A stretch of 42,344 nucleotides of DNA from a virus. Lineage: Duplodnaviria > Caudoviricetes. Below the pieces are notes generated by a model. The model was not told the DNA's origin and searched no databases. It saw only the letters and a program-made list of their open reading frames with translations. The first letter of the stretch is position 1. Each line of letters begins with the position of its first letter. This document shows, one piece after another, positions 25,183 through 34,559 of the stretch. The position numbers and the translations under genes were made by a program. The stretch spans positions 1 through 42,344 of IMG/VR virus record IMGVR_UViG_3300008255_000041, one strand, 5' to 3'.

Positions 25183-26541
25183 ATGTGGAAACGCTTCTGG
25201 GAGTGGGTAAAATCGTTCTTCAAGAAAACACCTGAACCAGTACCGTCTACATCCTATGCGGATAACTACGAAGACATTGATGGCGAGAACATCACCGCGA
25301 CCATATCCAATGCGCTGGCATCTAAGGTGTTTGGAGATAGCGATATGGTTATTGACGGTACAGGGAAGCGCGTCGATCTAATCAAAGCCGCTATGATGGC
25401 GTTATGGGAAGACGATATGCCGTGGGTAACATCCCAAGCGTTCGGTAAGGGCGGTATGGTGTTGGTGCCAACGGTTACGGGTGGCGAGATCGTCATTAGC
25501 GCGACCAATGAAGAAAACCGTATTGTATTAGAACGCAGAGGAAAGAAAGTCACATGGGCAGTTATTCTTGCTGAGGTTTCGTTATCTGGTGATGATGAAT
25601 ATCTCCGCTGGATCAATTACAAGATGGACGAAAACGGGACGCAGTTAATACAAACCATCGTTACTGATTCGTCGCTTGTACAGATTCCGTTTAGCACCGT
25701 TGCAGCGTGGGCAGATATCACACCAGAAATTTATATAAGCGGAACAGACCGCTTGCTATTTGCAGAAATCAGATGCCCGCGAGACAATCGAAGCGCGATC
25801 AAGACGTACGGCGTACCGATTACCTACGGCGCAGAGCGCGAAGTGCTAGAGGTCGTTGAGCATCTTGGCATCTATCGCAGAGAGTATCTTCTCACACGTC
25901 CGATGCTTGGGCTTGACGCTTCACTGTGGAGAAGCAAGACAGACACGGCGGCGGCAAGTCTCGCGACCATCGACCAGATCAAGCGGACAGTACAGGACAG
26001 CGACACGCCGTTTATTCCCGTAGAATCTGCGGTGATGAACGATAAGGGAGTTTGGCAGTACTACTCTCCCGCGATCCGTCAAGAGGCTATGGAGGCGCGG
26101 TTACAGTCGCTCTATCGCAGACTTGAAAAGGCGTGTTCGCTCTCACAGGGCATTCTCACTGAGCATCAAGCATTGAGCTATGCGAATAAAGACGAAGTCC
26201 GCGCGGCACAATATGACACGTTTGCCGTCATCACCGCAATGCGGAAGAACATCGAGGCGGCAATGGTTGACGTTGCGTATGCCGTGGACGTTCTGGCAGA
26301 GCGGTTCGGGCTAACTCCTGCGGGCGCGCGTGGTAACTATGAAATCTCGTTCGACTGGGATTACTCCATGATCGAAAGCACCGAGCAGAGCTACAAGCAA
26401 TTGAGCGACCTACAGACACGCGGCGGTATCACGCTGGCACATCTCGCATCGTGGGTCACGGGTGATTCGCTGGACGATGCACAAGCGGAGATCGAAGAAG
26501 CGAAAGCCGATGCGCCTCCCGCGATTGACTTCGGTGCATAA
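25183..26541 (+). CDS. Portal protein (A118-like)
   Basis: Follows terL; YGVPI, YSPAIR, ISFDWDYS; 452 aa. Confidence 0.8.
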   Translation: MWKRFWEWVKSFFKKTPEPVPSTSYADNYEDIDGENITATISNALASKVFGDSDMVIDGTGKRVDLIKAAMMALWEDDMPWVTSQAFGKGGMVLVPTVTGGEIVISATNEENRIVLERRGKKVTWAVILAEVSLSGDDEYLRWINYKMDENGTQLIQTIVTDSSLVQIPFSTVAAWADITPEIYISGTDRLLFAEIRCPRDNRSAIKTYGVPITYGAEREVLEVVEHLGIYRREYLLTRPMLGLDASLWRSKTDTAAASLATIDQIKRTVQDSDTPFIPVESAVMNDKGVWQYYSPAIRQEAMEARLQSLYRRLEKACSLSQGILTEHQALSYANKDEVRAAQYDTFAVITAMRKNIEAAMVDVAYAVDVLAERFGLTPAGARGNYEISFDWDYSMIESTEQSYKQLSDLQTRGGITLAHLASWVTGDSLDDAQAEIEEAKADAPPAIDFGA

Positions 26542-26543
26542 CC

Positions 26544-27641
26544 ATGTTATCTGATGAAAAGATTGAAGCGGCTATCGAGATATTCCAGCTGCGAGTAGAC
26601 CGCGTAAAAGAAAAGTATCTCCGCATGGTTGGCGAACACATTGCCAAGATCGGAAAGATAAGCTCGACGGACTTGCAGCTAATTGAGCAGTTGCGCAAGA
26701 TGGACGTAACCATGCAGACCGTAGAACAGGAGCTTGCAGCGGTTTTAAGGCGCAATATAGTAGATGTACGCCAATTACTCAAAAACGCCGCTACGAGCGT
26801 GTACGGCGACGCAGCGCGATTCTACGAGCAGACACCGTTCAAGAACAATGTTGTGATGCAACAGATTCTGTTGGGACAGATCAGGGTCACCGATAGCGCA
26901 CTGCTGAACCTGTCCAGAACCACGCTACGGTCAACCACGTACAGACAAGCGGTTGACGATGCGGTGCAAGCGGTTCAAGCTGGCGTGACCACGTACACAA
27001 AAGCGATTGAGAGCGGATTGCGTGACGTTGCGGGCGAGGGCTTGCGCGTTCGGTATCCGTCCGGAATATCAAGACGAATTGACACGGCGATGCGGCAGAA
27101 CATTCTCGACGGTGTGCGGAGCGTTAACCAGAAGATTGCAGAGGCAGTAGGCAAAGAGTTCGATGCTGACGGCGTGGAGATTAGCGCACACTTGGACTGT
27201 GCCGAGGATCACATTGAGGTGCAAGGCAAGCAGTACACGAACGCCGAGTTTGAGCAATTGCAAAGCACCCTCACGCGTCCGATTGGCACGCTGAACTGCA
27301 AGCATTTTGCATTTCCCATCGTCGTGGGCATCAGCGAACCGTCACGCACTGCGGAGGAATTGGAGAATGTCAACCGAAACAGCACTGAAAAGGTGACGAT
27401 TGACAAAACGACCAAAACGCGGTATAATTGGACGCAGGAACAGAGGCGTATAGAAACAGCTGTTCGCTACCAGAAAGACGTTGCAACGCTTGCAAAAGCG
27501 GCAGGAGCGGACGATCTAGCAAGGACAGCACAGACCAATATCAAGGCGTTACGCGCGGAGTACAGAAAGATATCCCAAGCGGCAGGTATTCCGACGCAGT
27601 ACGACAGAATGAAAGTAGCGGGTTACATACCTGTGAAATAA
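26544..27641 (+). CDS. Minor capsid protein (Phage_min_cap2-like)
   Basis: VRYPSG..RRIDTAMR, VEISAH..C..DH..QGK, NCKH, TQEQRRIE..VR. Confidence 0.8.
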   Translation: MLSDEKIEAAIEIFQLRVDRVKEKYLRMVGEHIAKIGKISSTDLQLIEQLRKMDVTMQTVEQELAAVLRRNIVDVRQLLKNAATSVYGDAARFYEQTPFKNNVVMQQILLGQIRVTDSALLNLSRTTLRSTTYRQAVDDAVQAVQAGVTTYTKAIESGLRDVAGEGLRVRYPSGISRRIDTAMRQNILDGVRSVNQKIAEAVGKEFDADGVEISAHLDCAEDHIEVQGKQYTNAEFEQLQSTLTRPIGTLNCKHFAFPIVVGISEPSRTAEELENVNRNSTEKVTIDKTTKTRYNWTQEQRRIETAVRYQKDVATLAKAAGADDLARTAQTNIKALRAEYRKISQAAGIPTQYDRMKVAGYIPVK

Positions 27642-27643
27642 TA

Positions 27644-27697
27644 ATCCGGCGGGATCAAAAACGCAAACGCACGAGGAGCCGACCTCGTAAAAAAGGC
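27644..27697 (+). promoter_or_regulatory. Structured leader of the scaffold gene (two hairpin/A-run/pseudoknot units)
   Basis: ATCC-ggcg-GGAT-caaaaa-CGC and ACGAGG-agccga-CCTCGT-aaaaaa-GGC. Confidence 0.5.
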
Positions 27698-27715
27698 GTA
27701 ATGCGAAGGAGACAC

Positions 27716-28321
27716 ATGAAACGCGAAACCATTGAATCTCTTATCCCTGAAACGGTTGAGAACCGAGCGGCGGTTATTGACAAGATCATGACCGAAGCGG
27801 GCAAGGACATCACGCGCGAACAGAAGAAGTTCGAGGACTACGACGATATCAAGGAGCAGTTGAACAAAGCACAAACGACCATCACGGAACTTGAAAAGGT
27901 CAAGGGAAGTGCGGACGAGTTGCAGAAACAGATCGACGCTTACAAGACCGCCGAGACTGAACGCGTGGCGAACGAAGCCAAGACCGCGAAACAGCGCGAA
28001 GCCGCACAGCGGTTTGCGACCGCAAAGGGACAGCACGAGTTCCTTGATCCCGACATCGAAGAAGCCGTGATGAACAAGTTTATGGCGGCAGTTGACGATC
28101 CGGCGAACAAGGGCAAGGGCGATGCAGAGATTTACACCACGCTCACGAAGGACAAACCGTTCTTTAAGAGCATGAACCCGCCCGCGAATATGGGCGGCGT
28201 GGGCAACGTACCGAATCCCGACGCGAAAGCCTTGCTGCAACAGCAGTGGGAATCCGCAGTTAAAGCGGGTAAAACCGTGGAGGCGGTTGCGTTGAAAAAC
28301 CAACTATTTGCACTAAAATAA
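27716..28321 (+). CDS. Capsid scaffolding protein (Phage GP20-like)
   Basis: MKRE...IDKIM.EAGKDI; coiled coil; precedes the MCP; RBS AAGGAG. Confidence 0.8.
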   Translation: MKRETIESLIPETVENRAAVIDKIMTEAGKDITREQKKFEDYDDIKEQLNKAQTTITELEKVKGSADELQKQIDAYKTAETERVANEAKTAKQREAAQRFATAKGQHEFLDPDIEEAVMNKFMAAVDDPANKGKGDAEIYTTLTKDKPFFKSMNPPANMGGVGNVPNPDAKALLQQQWESAVKAGKTVEAVALKNQLFALK

Positions 28322-28333
28322 AGGAGCATTTAT

Positions 28334-29269
28334 ATGCCTAACGAAGCAACCGGCACCATTTGGGGTTTGCCCAACTATACTGGCGAACTGTACACGTCTG
28401 ACATGATTAACACGCCGTTCCTGTCGATGATCGGCGGGCTCTCTGGAGGTCAGATGACCGATAACTTTGAGTTTCCCGTTGACAGTCAGTATTCTCACGA
28501 ATCGCTGTCGCAGGAGAACATCACCGAGGATGAATCTATTGCGGGCGTTACTCCCGTGAACTTTGTTCGCACGCAGACCAAGAACGTGACGCAGATCTTC
28601 ATGGAATCCGTCATTAGCTCTTACGTCAAACAGGCGAACGAGGGCAGGCTGTCTGGTATCAATACGGCTGGCGCACAGAACAACGTCACTGATAAAGACT
28701 TCCAGATCGCAAAGCACATTGAATCTATTGCGCGTCGCGTTGAATGGCATTTCCTTCAGGGCACGTACAATCTCGCTGGCAATGCGAGTCAGGCAAACCA
28801 GACGCGCGGCATGATCTCTGCGGCGGCAAGCACTGTTAACGCGTCGAGTGCGGCATTGAGCAAAGAACTGATGGATCAGCTCCTGCTTGCCATGTTCACC
28901 GCTGGCGCAATGTTCAAAAACCCCGTCATCTTCTGCGGTGGTTTCCAGAAGCAGAAGCTGTCCGACATTTACGGCTATGCGCCCGAAGATCGGAACGTTG
29001 GTGGCGTGAACGTCAAGCAGCTTGAAACCGACTTCGGCAACATCGCCGTTGCTCCGGCTCACCGCATGATGCCCGCTGGTACGCTGCTAGTTGCAGACGT
29101 TGCGGTTTGCGCTCCCGTGTTCCAGCCCGTCCCTGGCAAAGGCAACTTCTTCTACGAGGAACTTGCTAAGACTGGCGCGGCTGAAAAGGGTCAGATGTTC
29201 GGCATGATCGGCTTGAATCATGGCCCGACTTTTGCACACGGCACGATCACCTCTCTCGCTACTGCTTAA
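28334..29269 (+). CDS. Major capsid protein (SU10/DUF5309-like)
   Basis: TPFLSMIG, NVTQIF.ESV.SS, TDFG; position; followed by a hairpin. Confidence 0.85.
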   Translation: MPNEATGTIWGLPNYTGELYTSDMINTPFLSMIGGLSGGQMTDNFEFPVDSQYSHESLSQENITEDESIAGVTPVNFVRTQTKNVTQIFMESVISSYVKQANEGRLSGINTAGAQNNVTDKDFQIAKHIESIARRVEWHFLQGTYNLAGNASQANQTRGMISAAASTVNASSAALSKELMDQLLLAMFTAGAMFKNPVIFCGGFQKQKLSDIYGYAPEDRNVGGVNVKQLETDFGNIAVAPAHRMMPAGTLLVADVAVCAPVFQPVPGKGNFFYEELAKTGAAEKGQMFGMIGLNHGPTFAHGTITSLATA

Positions 29270-29284
29270 CGCATAGGAACGAAT

Positions 29285-29306
29285 GGCGGGGTGAAATATC
29301 CCCGCC
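29285..29306 (+). terminator. Stem-loop after the MCP (attenuator or mRNA stabiliser)
   Basis: GGCGGGG-tgaaatat-CCCCGCC without a T-run. Confidence 0.55.
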
Positions 29307-29326
29307 TACTATGAAAGGAAAACCAT

Positions 29327-30442
29327 ATGGCTGAAATCACTATTGACTATACGCTAGTCAGAAACCCGCAGATGCGGAAGTTCCTTGAAGAAGAGTTCAA
29401 GGATGTTATTCTCGACACGGTAGCGGGTCATGATCATGACGGCTCTAACAGCAAGGCACTCTCGCCCGCTGCGACCGTTGAAAACGACTCTATCACCACG
29501 GCAAAGATCGTTGCAGAAGCTGTCACTTCTTCCAAGATTGGCGACGCGGCTGTCACGACCGATAAGATTGCCGATGACGCGGTAACCGCTGCGAAGATTG
29601 CGGACGGTACGATTACCGTTGCTCTTATGGCGGCAAACTCTATCGATTCCGACCAGTACGTTGACGGATCGATTGACACGGCGCATTTTGCGGCTGGTGC
29701 GGTTGATGCAACGGCTCTCGGTGCGGACTGTGTGACCGCTGACAAGATTGGCGACGATGTTGTCAACTCCGAGCATATTGCGGCTGGCGCGATTGATCCC
29801 GAACATCTCGCGACAAGTGCGGTTGAAACCGCTAAGATTGCGGCAAGCGCGGTAAGCACTGCCAAGATTGCAGATGATGCGGTGACCAACGCGAAACTCG
29901 CGAACATGACGCGCGGCACGATCAAAGTCGGCGGCGCGGCTGACGCTCCCACTGACTTGGACGCAAACAACAGCGGATACATCCTTGTTGGCGACGGTAC
30001 CGACATCAACAGCGTTGCTGTCTCTGGTGACATCTCGCTGACGAACGCGGGTGCAACTGCTATCGGTGCGGCTAAGGTCACTACGGCGATGCTTACGCTG
30101 ACTGCTACGCCGAACGCCAAAGCGATTGTCGCGGCTCACGAAGCGGCTATCCCCGTTACGGGAAATGGCGACCTTGCGCTGACGATTGCGGACGCGGCAG
30201 AAACCAACACTCTGGCGGTTCCGACCTTTGCGGGGCAGGAGATTTGTATCTCCGCTGATACCGTTGCAGGTTCCGGCTCTCGGACGGTTACGGTTGCAAG
30301 CGCGGTCAATGCAACGGGCAATAACACGATCCTGTTTGACGCGGCTGGCGAGTTTATCAAGCTGCGCGGCATCAAACTCGGTGCTACGTTCGCATGGCGT
30401 GTACTGGCTATCGATGGGGCTACGCTTAGCACTGTAGCGTAA
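29327..30442 (+). CDS. Putative head fibre/decoration protein with ~10-aa VTxxKIAddA repeats
   Basis: Position after MCP; GHDHDG motif; repeated fibre-like units. Confidence 0.6.
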   Translation: MAEITIDYTLVRNPQMRKFLEEEFKDVILDTVAGHDHDGSNSKALSPAATVENDSITTAKIVAEAVTSSKIGDAAVTTDKIADDAVTAAKIADGTITVALMAANSIDSDQYVDGSIDTAHFAAGAVDATALGADCVTADKIGDDVVNSEHIAAGAIDPEHLATSAVETAKIAASAVSTAKIADDAVTNAKLANMTRGTIKVGGAADAPTDLDANNSGYILVGDGTDINSVAVSGDISLTNAGATAIGAAKVTTAMLTLTATPNAKAIVAAHEAAIPVTGNGDLALTIADAAETNTLAVPTFAGQEICISADTVAGSGSRTVTVASAVNATGNNTILFDAAGEFIKLRGIKLGATFAWRVLAIDGATLSTVA

Positions 30443-30453
30443 GGAGGCACTAA

Positions 30454-30975
30454 ATGAGCCTCGCAAGAGCAGTTGAAATCCTTGAAACCGTCAAAAGCGG
30501 AGATTCAATGTGCGTGATTGATTATGCGCATTGTGAAATACACGACGGCGAATCGTTTACCGCGTCGTATAAAGCCGACATCGGAAACGGTGCAAACCTT
30601 GACTTGCTGATTGTCACGCCGAACACGGACATTAGAGCACACTTCACCTACGAAATCGACGTTGAAGCTGAGACGGATGTTCTCCTTTACGAGAACGTCA
30701 CGGCGACGGCAGGTGATGCGATTGTGGAGTATAACCGCGACAGGAACAGTGCAACGGCGGCAACAGTTGTTGTAACCTCGTCACCGTCTGCAATCACTGC
30801 GGGGACAACGCTCATTCGTTCGTATCATCTCGGTACGGGCAAATCGTTCGGCGGTGGTTCGAGAGACGTTCACGAGTTCATCCTCAAAAAGAACACCAAG
30901 TATCTGTTCAGGCTGACGAACGCCACGACATCGAACAACTATATGGCGGTCAAACTTGATTGGTACGAACATTAA
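30454..30975 (+). CDS. Hypothetical virion protein (beta-rich)
   Basis: RBS AAGGAGG; located in the head module. Confidence 0.65.
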   Translation: MSLARAVEILETVKSGDSMCVIDYAHCEIHDGESFTASYKADIGNGANLDLLIVTPNTDIRAHFTYEIDVEAETDVLLYENVTATAGDAIVEYNRDRNSATAATVVVTSSPSAITAGTTLIRSYHLGTGKSFGGGSRDVHEFILKKNTKYLFRLTNATTSNNYMAVKLDWYEH

Positions 30976-30992
30976 CAGAAGGGCGGTAGAGT

Positions 30993-31358
30993 ATGTATCT
31001 AACCTATGCTGAATACACGGCACGCGGCGGGACGCTGACCTCTACCGCCTACACTCGGTTTGAAACGAACGCACGAATGCACGTTGACAGGTTGACGCAC
31101 AACAGGATCAGCGAAGAAACGACGGTACGCGACGCTGTAAAGAATCTTATGTTTGAGCTTGTGGAATATCTCGCGGCAAACGAAGAATCACAGAAAAGCG
31201 GTATTAAGTCTTTCAGTAACGGTTCGGTCAGCGCGACCTACGCGACACCGCAAGAAACGCGGGCGCGAATCGCTCAATACTGTAATGACTATTTGAGCAA
31301 CGAAGTAACGGATGACGACTACGAAACTCCGCTGATGTATGCGGGGGTGATCTATTGA
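30993..31358 (+). CDS. Head-tail adaptor (gp6/gp15-like)
   Basis: MYLTYAEY..RGG...A..HVDRLT..RI...VK...SFSNGSVS. Confidence 0.8.
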   Translation: MYLTYAEYTARGGTLTSTAYTRFETNARMHVDRLTHNRISEETTVRDAVKNLMFELVEYLAANEESQKSGIKSFSNGSVSATYATPQETRARIAQYCNDYLSNEVTDDDYETPLMYAGVIY

Positions 31359-31768
31359 ACCCGCTTGCAAGAGACACAATGACGCTGTACATGAAATACG
31401 GTACAACGTGGACGCGGGCGGTTATTACAGGCGTTATTTGGACGCAGAAAACCGTCAGAACGAACGACAGCAACGGCAACTTGAAACTAGTGCGGCAAAC
31501 GTCCATCACGGTTCCCGTAGAGGCGAGCGTGATCGTTGGCGGAGTAAGAGCGTCACACGTCGAGCCGAAAGCCTACGCGGGAACAAGCGGAACGTGGACG
31601 CTCGACAAAGGATTCATTGTGGTTTACGGCGAGAACGCGACCGAGATCACGAACGCGGCGGCACTTGTTGCACTGACAGCCGCAAGCGGAACATACGCGA
31701 CCATTCAAGCGGTGGGCGACAACACACACAGGGCGATGCTTAACCACTGGCAGGTGGAGGCGGTGTAA
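31355..31768 (+). CDS. Head closure/minor capsid protein
   Basis: Position; TLY...W.R.VI.GV.W...DN......HW.V. Confidence 0.65.
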   Translation: MNPLARDTMTLYMKYGTTWTRAVITGVIWTQKTVRTNDSNGNLKLVRQTSITVPVEASVIVGGVRASHVEPKAYAGTSGTWTLDKGFIVVYGENATEITNAAALVALTAASGTYATIQAVGDNTHRAMLNHWQVEAV

Positions 31769-32112
31769 TGGGACTTGAGATCAAGCCTACACGACAGCTT
31801 TTGAGCGAACGTGGTTTGATGGACGGGCAACGGGTGCAGGTGTTCATTGACGCTGACGTTGTGCGAATGATGGAGCCATTCACGCCGAAGCTATCCGGAA
31901 CAATGCGTGACAGCGCATACAGCGCAACGCAATTCGGGTCGGGCGAAGTCAATCAGAACGCTCCGTACTCGCGCAAACAATACTACGACACGACACTACA
32001 CCATCGCGGCATCACCACACATCACTGGTTTGAAGCGATGAAAAGCAATGGCGGCGTTGCTAAAATCTTAAACGGCGCGGCTAGACTAGCGGGCGCGAAG
32101 GGGGTTAGGTAA
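31768..32112 (+). CDS. Minor capsid/neck protein (Minor_capsid_2-like)
   Basis: M.PF.P..SG.M..S...G.V....PY.RKQYY...WFE.MK. Confidence 0.75.
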   Translation: MGLEIKPTRQLLSERGLMDGQRVQVFIDADVVRMMEPFTPKLSGTMRDSAYSATQFGSGEVNQNAPYSRKQYYDTTLHHRGITTHHWFEAMKSNGGVAKILNGAARLAGAKGVR

Positions 32113-32534
32113 TGACGAGCGTTGCAGAATCTTTAGTAACATGGTTGCTTACCTACTCTGGTATATCCGCAGTTGACACCGACCAAGTAGGCGAAGAAGC
32201 AACGAGCATGGGCGTTATTAAATCGCCCGGGCGAAACGTCCAGCACTACGTGGACGGAAGCAAAGACGTTACCGCATTCTTCCTATTCAGAGCGCGAAGA
32301 TCGGCGCAAATGGATGAATTGCGGGTAGATAACCAAGAATGGCTTGAAGCGTTTGAGACGTGGGTGCGCGAGCAGAGCTTTGCGCGGAACGTTCCGACGC
32401 TGACGGGTGGACGGGTGTGCCAATCGGTTGGTGTTTCCGAATCGGCATATTTACTAGAATCGACTGAAGCAGACATAATCTATCAGATCGGGCTGGAAAT
32501 CGTCTACTATGAACCTAAAACATTAACAGCTTAA
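32112..32534 (+). CDS. Tail terminator (Minor_capsid_3-like)
   Basis: Position; YVDG...F..W...YQI.L.I.Y. Confidence 0.65.
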   Translation: MTSVAESLVTWLLTYSGISAVDTDQVGEEATSMGVIKSPGRNVQHYVDGSKDVTAFFLFRARRSAQMDELRVDNQEWLEAFETWVREQSFARNVPTLTGGRVCQSVGVSESAYLLESTEADIIYQIGLEIVYYEPKTLTA

Positions 32535-32546
32535 AGGAGAAACAAA

Positions 32547-33032
32547 ATGCCTGATATTGCAACCGCAACCAGAAATTATATCGGGGATTACCTGAGCGCA
32601 ATTAGCCCAGTAGCGTACACGTTGATGGGGATGGGTGTGGTTCAGGTAGACGAAAGCCCGAATACCAAGATCGACAAAACCGCATTTGTTAACAACGCGA
32701 GTGCAACGGGAACTGTCACGGGTTATGAGCGCGTGTTTCCGTTCGATGTGCAGATGCGCACGGGCGAAGCGGCAACGATGCTGCTTGTTGCTATCGGTCA
32801 CGACAGCAAGGTTGGTTCTGATGCTGAACTGTACTATGTTCGTGCTGACCTGTACCGCGCACCGACCACGGGCACGTATCCCGCGCGGCGTTTCAAAGTG
32901 ACTGCTGAGATCACGAGCATTGAGGGCGCGGGCACTGAAATCGTTCACATCAAGGGCAACCTGCACCAGTTTGGCGATTACACCGAGGGCGACTTTAACC
33001 CGACCACGCTTGCATTCGTCGCTGACGCGTAA
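32547..33032 (+). CDS. Major tail (tube) protein, paralogue 1
   Basis: Position; LMG.G...DE..N.K.DKT.F.N...YPAR....V....EG..T.I...GN.HQ.GD. Confidence 0.75.
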   Translation: MPDIATATRNYIGDYLSAISPVAYTLMGMGVVQVDESPNTKIDKTAFVNNASATGTVTGYERVFPFDVQMRTGEAATMLLVAIGHDSKVGSDAELYYVRADLYRAPTTGTYPARRFKVTAEITSIEGAGTEIVHIKGNLHQFGDYTEGDFNPTTLAFVADA

Positions 33033-33044
33033 AGGAGAAATACT

Positions 33045-33533
33045 ATGGCATACGAAGTTGGAACAGTAACCAGAAACTATCTCGGTGACTATCTCGCGGC
33101 AGTGAGCGAAACGCCGACCTATTACCTCATGGGCTTGGGCGTTGTGCAGGTTGACGAGCAGCTGAATCCGAAAATGGACAAAACGCCGTTCGTGAATAAC
33201 ATCAACGTTAGCGGCACGGTCACAAGCTACGAACGCACGTTCCCGTTTGACGTTCAGTTGAGAACGGGCGAGGGCGCGACGATGCTCATCGAGGACATTG
33301 TGCGCAATAGCAGGATTGGCAGCGCGGCAGAGCTTTACTACGTCAGGGCTGACCTCTACGTCACGCCTACCACTGGCGACGAGTATCCCGCGCGTCGGTT
33401 TAAGGTTGCCGTCGAAGTCACGAGCATCGAGGGCGCAGGAACCGAGATTGTCCACATCAAGGGCAATTTCCATCAGGTTGGCGATCCCACTGCGGGCACT
33501 CTTGATCCGACCGGAACCATCACATTTGCCTAA
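33045..33533 (+). CDS. Major tail (tube) protein, paralogue 2
   Basis: Colinear and highly similar to 32547-33032. Confidence 0.75.
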   Translation: MAYEVGTVTRNYLGDYLAAVSETPTYYLMGLGVVQVDEQLNPKMDKTPFVNNINVSGTVTSYERTFPFDVQLRTGEGATMLIEDIVRNSRIGSAAELYYVRADLYVTPTTGDEYPARRFKVAVEVTSIEGAGTEIVHIKGNFHQVGDPTAGTLDPTGTITFA

Positions 33534-33541
33534 GGAGCTTT

Positions 33542-33937
33542 ATGAGTAAACTAATCGAAATGCTGAAAAAGAAGCCCGCGCCCATTGAGGAAGCCAAGAG
33601 CGTTGTGCCGAAGATCACAATCTCGTTTGAGAAGCAGTACGTCGAAATCAACGGTATCACTTTTGAGCTTTTGAAGAGTGACGCGGATATCCTGTCTGAT
33701 GCTCTGCGACTGATTGACGAGAGCGAGAAGCTTGACGTTAACGACGAGAAAGCGGTTCTCAAAAATCTGCGCGACATGGCATCGTACATCGACACCATCT
33801 TGGGCGTGGGTGCGTTGCAGAAGATCAGCGGCGGCGTTCCGGTTGGTTTCCGCAAGCTCCAAGAGTGCATGGCGGTGATCGTTGGCGCGGTGTATGCCGC
33901 ATACCAGACCGCCACAGCGTCAAAGTATGGCGTATGA
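33542..33937 (+). CDS. Tail assembly chaperone
   Basis: Position; YIDTILGVGALQKI. Confidence 0.7.
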   Translation: MSKLIEMLKKKPAPIEEAKSVVPKITISFEKQYVEINGITFELLKSDADILSDALRLIDESEKLDVNDEKAVLKNLRDMASYIDTILGVGALQKISGGVPVGFRKLQECMAVIVGAVYAAYQTATASKYGV

Positions 33938-34559
33938 ATTTACACTAACTAAAACAAAAGACGAGGCGTTGCCTGAAGCCGTTGAGGTAGACGGCAACGT
34001 CTTTTCTGTTAACGCGAGTTTCCGAACGATCTTGAAGATTAAGCGCGTTGTCGAAGCGGATGACATCATCGACTGGCAGAAGCCGCTTATCATGCTCAAA
34101 GAGTTTTACGGCGCGAGACAACCAGAACCCCAAGCGGGCATTGACGCGTTCATGAAATTCCTTTACCGTGATAAAGCGATAAAGCACGAAAGCGACGATA
34201 GACCGCCCGTGTTTGACTACGAGGTGGACGCAACAGAGATTTACGCGTCGTTTTTATCGCTGTACGGAATCGACCTGCTAGAGACGGAAATGCACTGGTG
34301 GAAGTTCTGCGCGTTGCTAGAGGGCGCAATGTGGGCTGATTCTCCGATTGGCAAGAAGCTCCGACGTAGGGAAGAATTACGCAAAGCTGACCCGTCAAAA
34401 TGCGATGATCCGAAAGCCGTCAGGGAAGCGCAAGAAGCGTTGAGAATTGAAACAAAAGTCAACAAGGCAGAACAGGAAGAACGCGACCGAATCTATAAAG
34501 TGCTGACAGGCGGCGGGGATGTTAGCGCGGAACTGGAGAAACTGAAACATGGCGTATGA
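33927..34559 (+). CDS. Gp15-like tail assembly protein
   Basis: LPEAVEVDG...NASFR...FDYEVD..IYASF...YGIDL...MHWWKF. Confidence 0.85.
   Translation: MAYEFTLTKTKDEALPEAVEVDGNVFSVNASFRTILKIKRVVEADDIIDWQKPLIMLKEFYGARQPEPQAGIDAFMKFLYRDKAIKHESDDRPPVFDYEVDATEIYASFLSLYGIDLLETEMHWWKFCALLEGAMWADSPIGKKLRRREELRKADPSKCDDPKAVREAQEALRIETKVNKAEQEERDRIYKVLTGGGDVSAELEKLKHGV

Noticed and set aside
29354-30466. Long minus-strand ORFs (also 6292-7401, 32523-33473, 28313-29062, 40816-41529)
   Set aside because: Shadow ORFs opposite well-supported + strand genes with biased codon usage; no RBS or motifs
32547-33533. Diversity-generating retroelement template/variable repeat pair
   Set aside because: No reverse transcriptase in the genome, differences are not adenine-specific, and both copies are full ORFs
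33882-33937. Programmed -1 frameshift fusing the tail chaperone to the downstream ORF
   Set aside because: The downstream ORF is in the +1 frame, no clear slippery heptamer is present, and it has its own ATG at 33927
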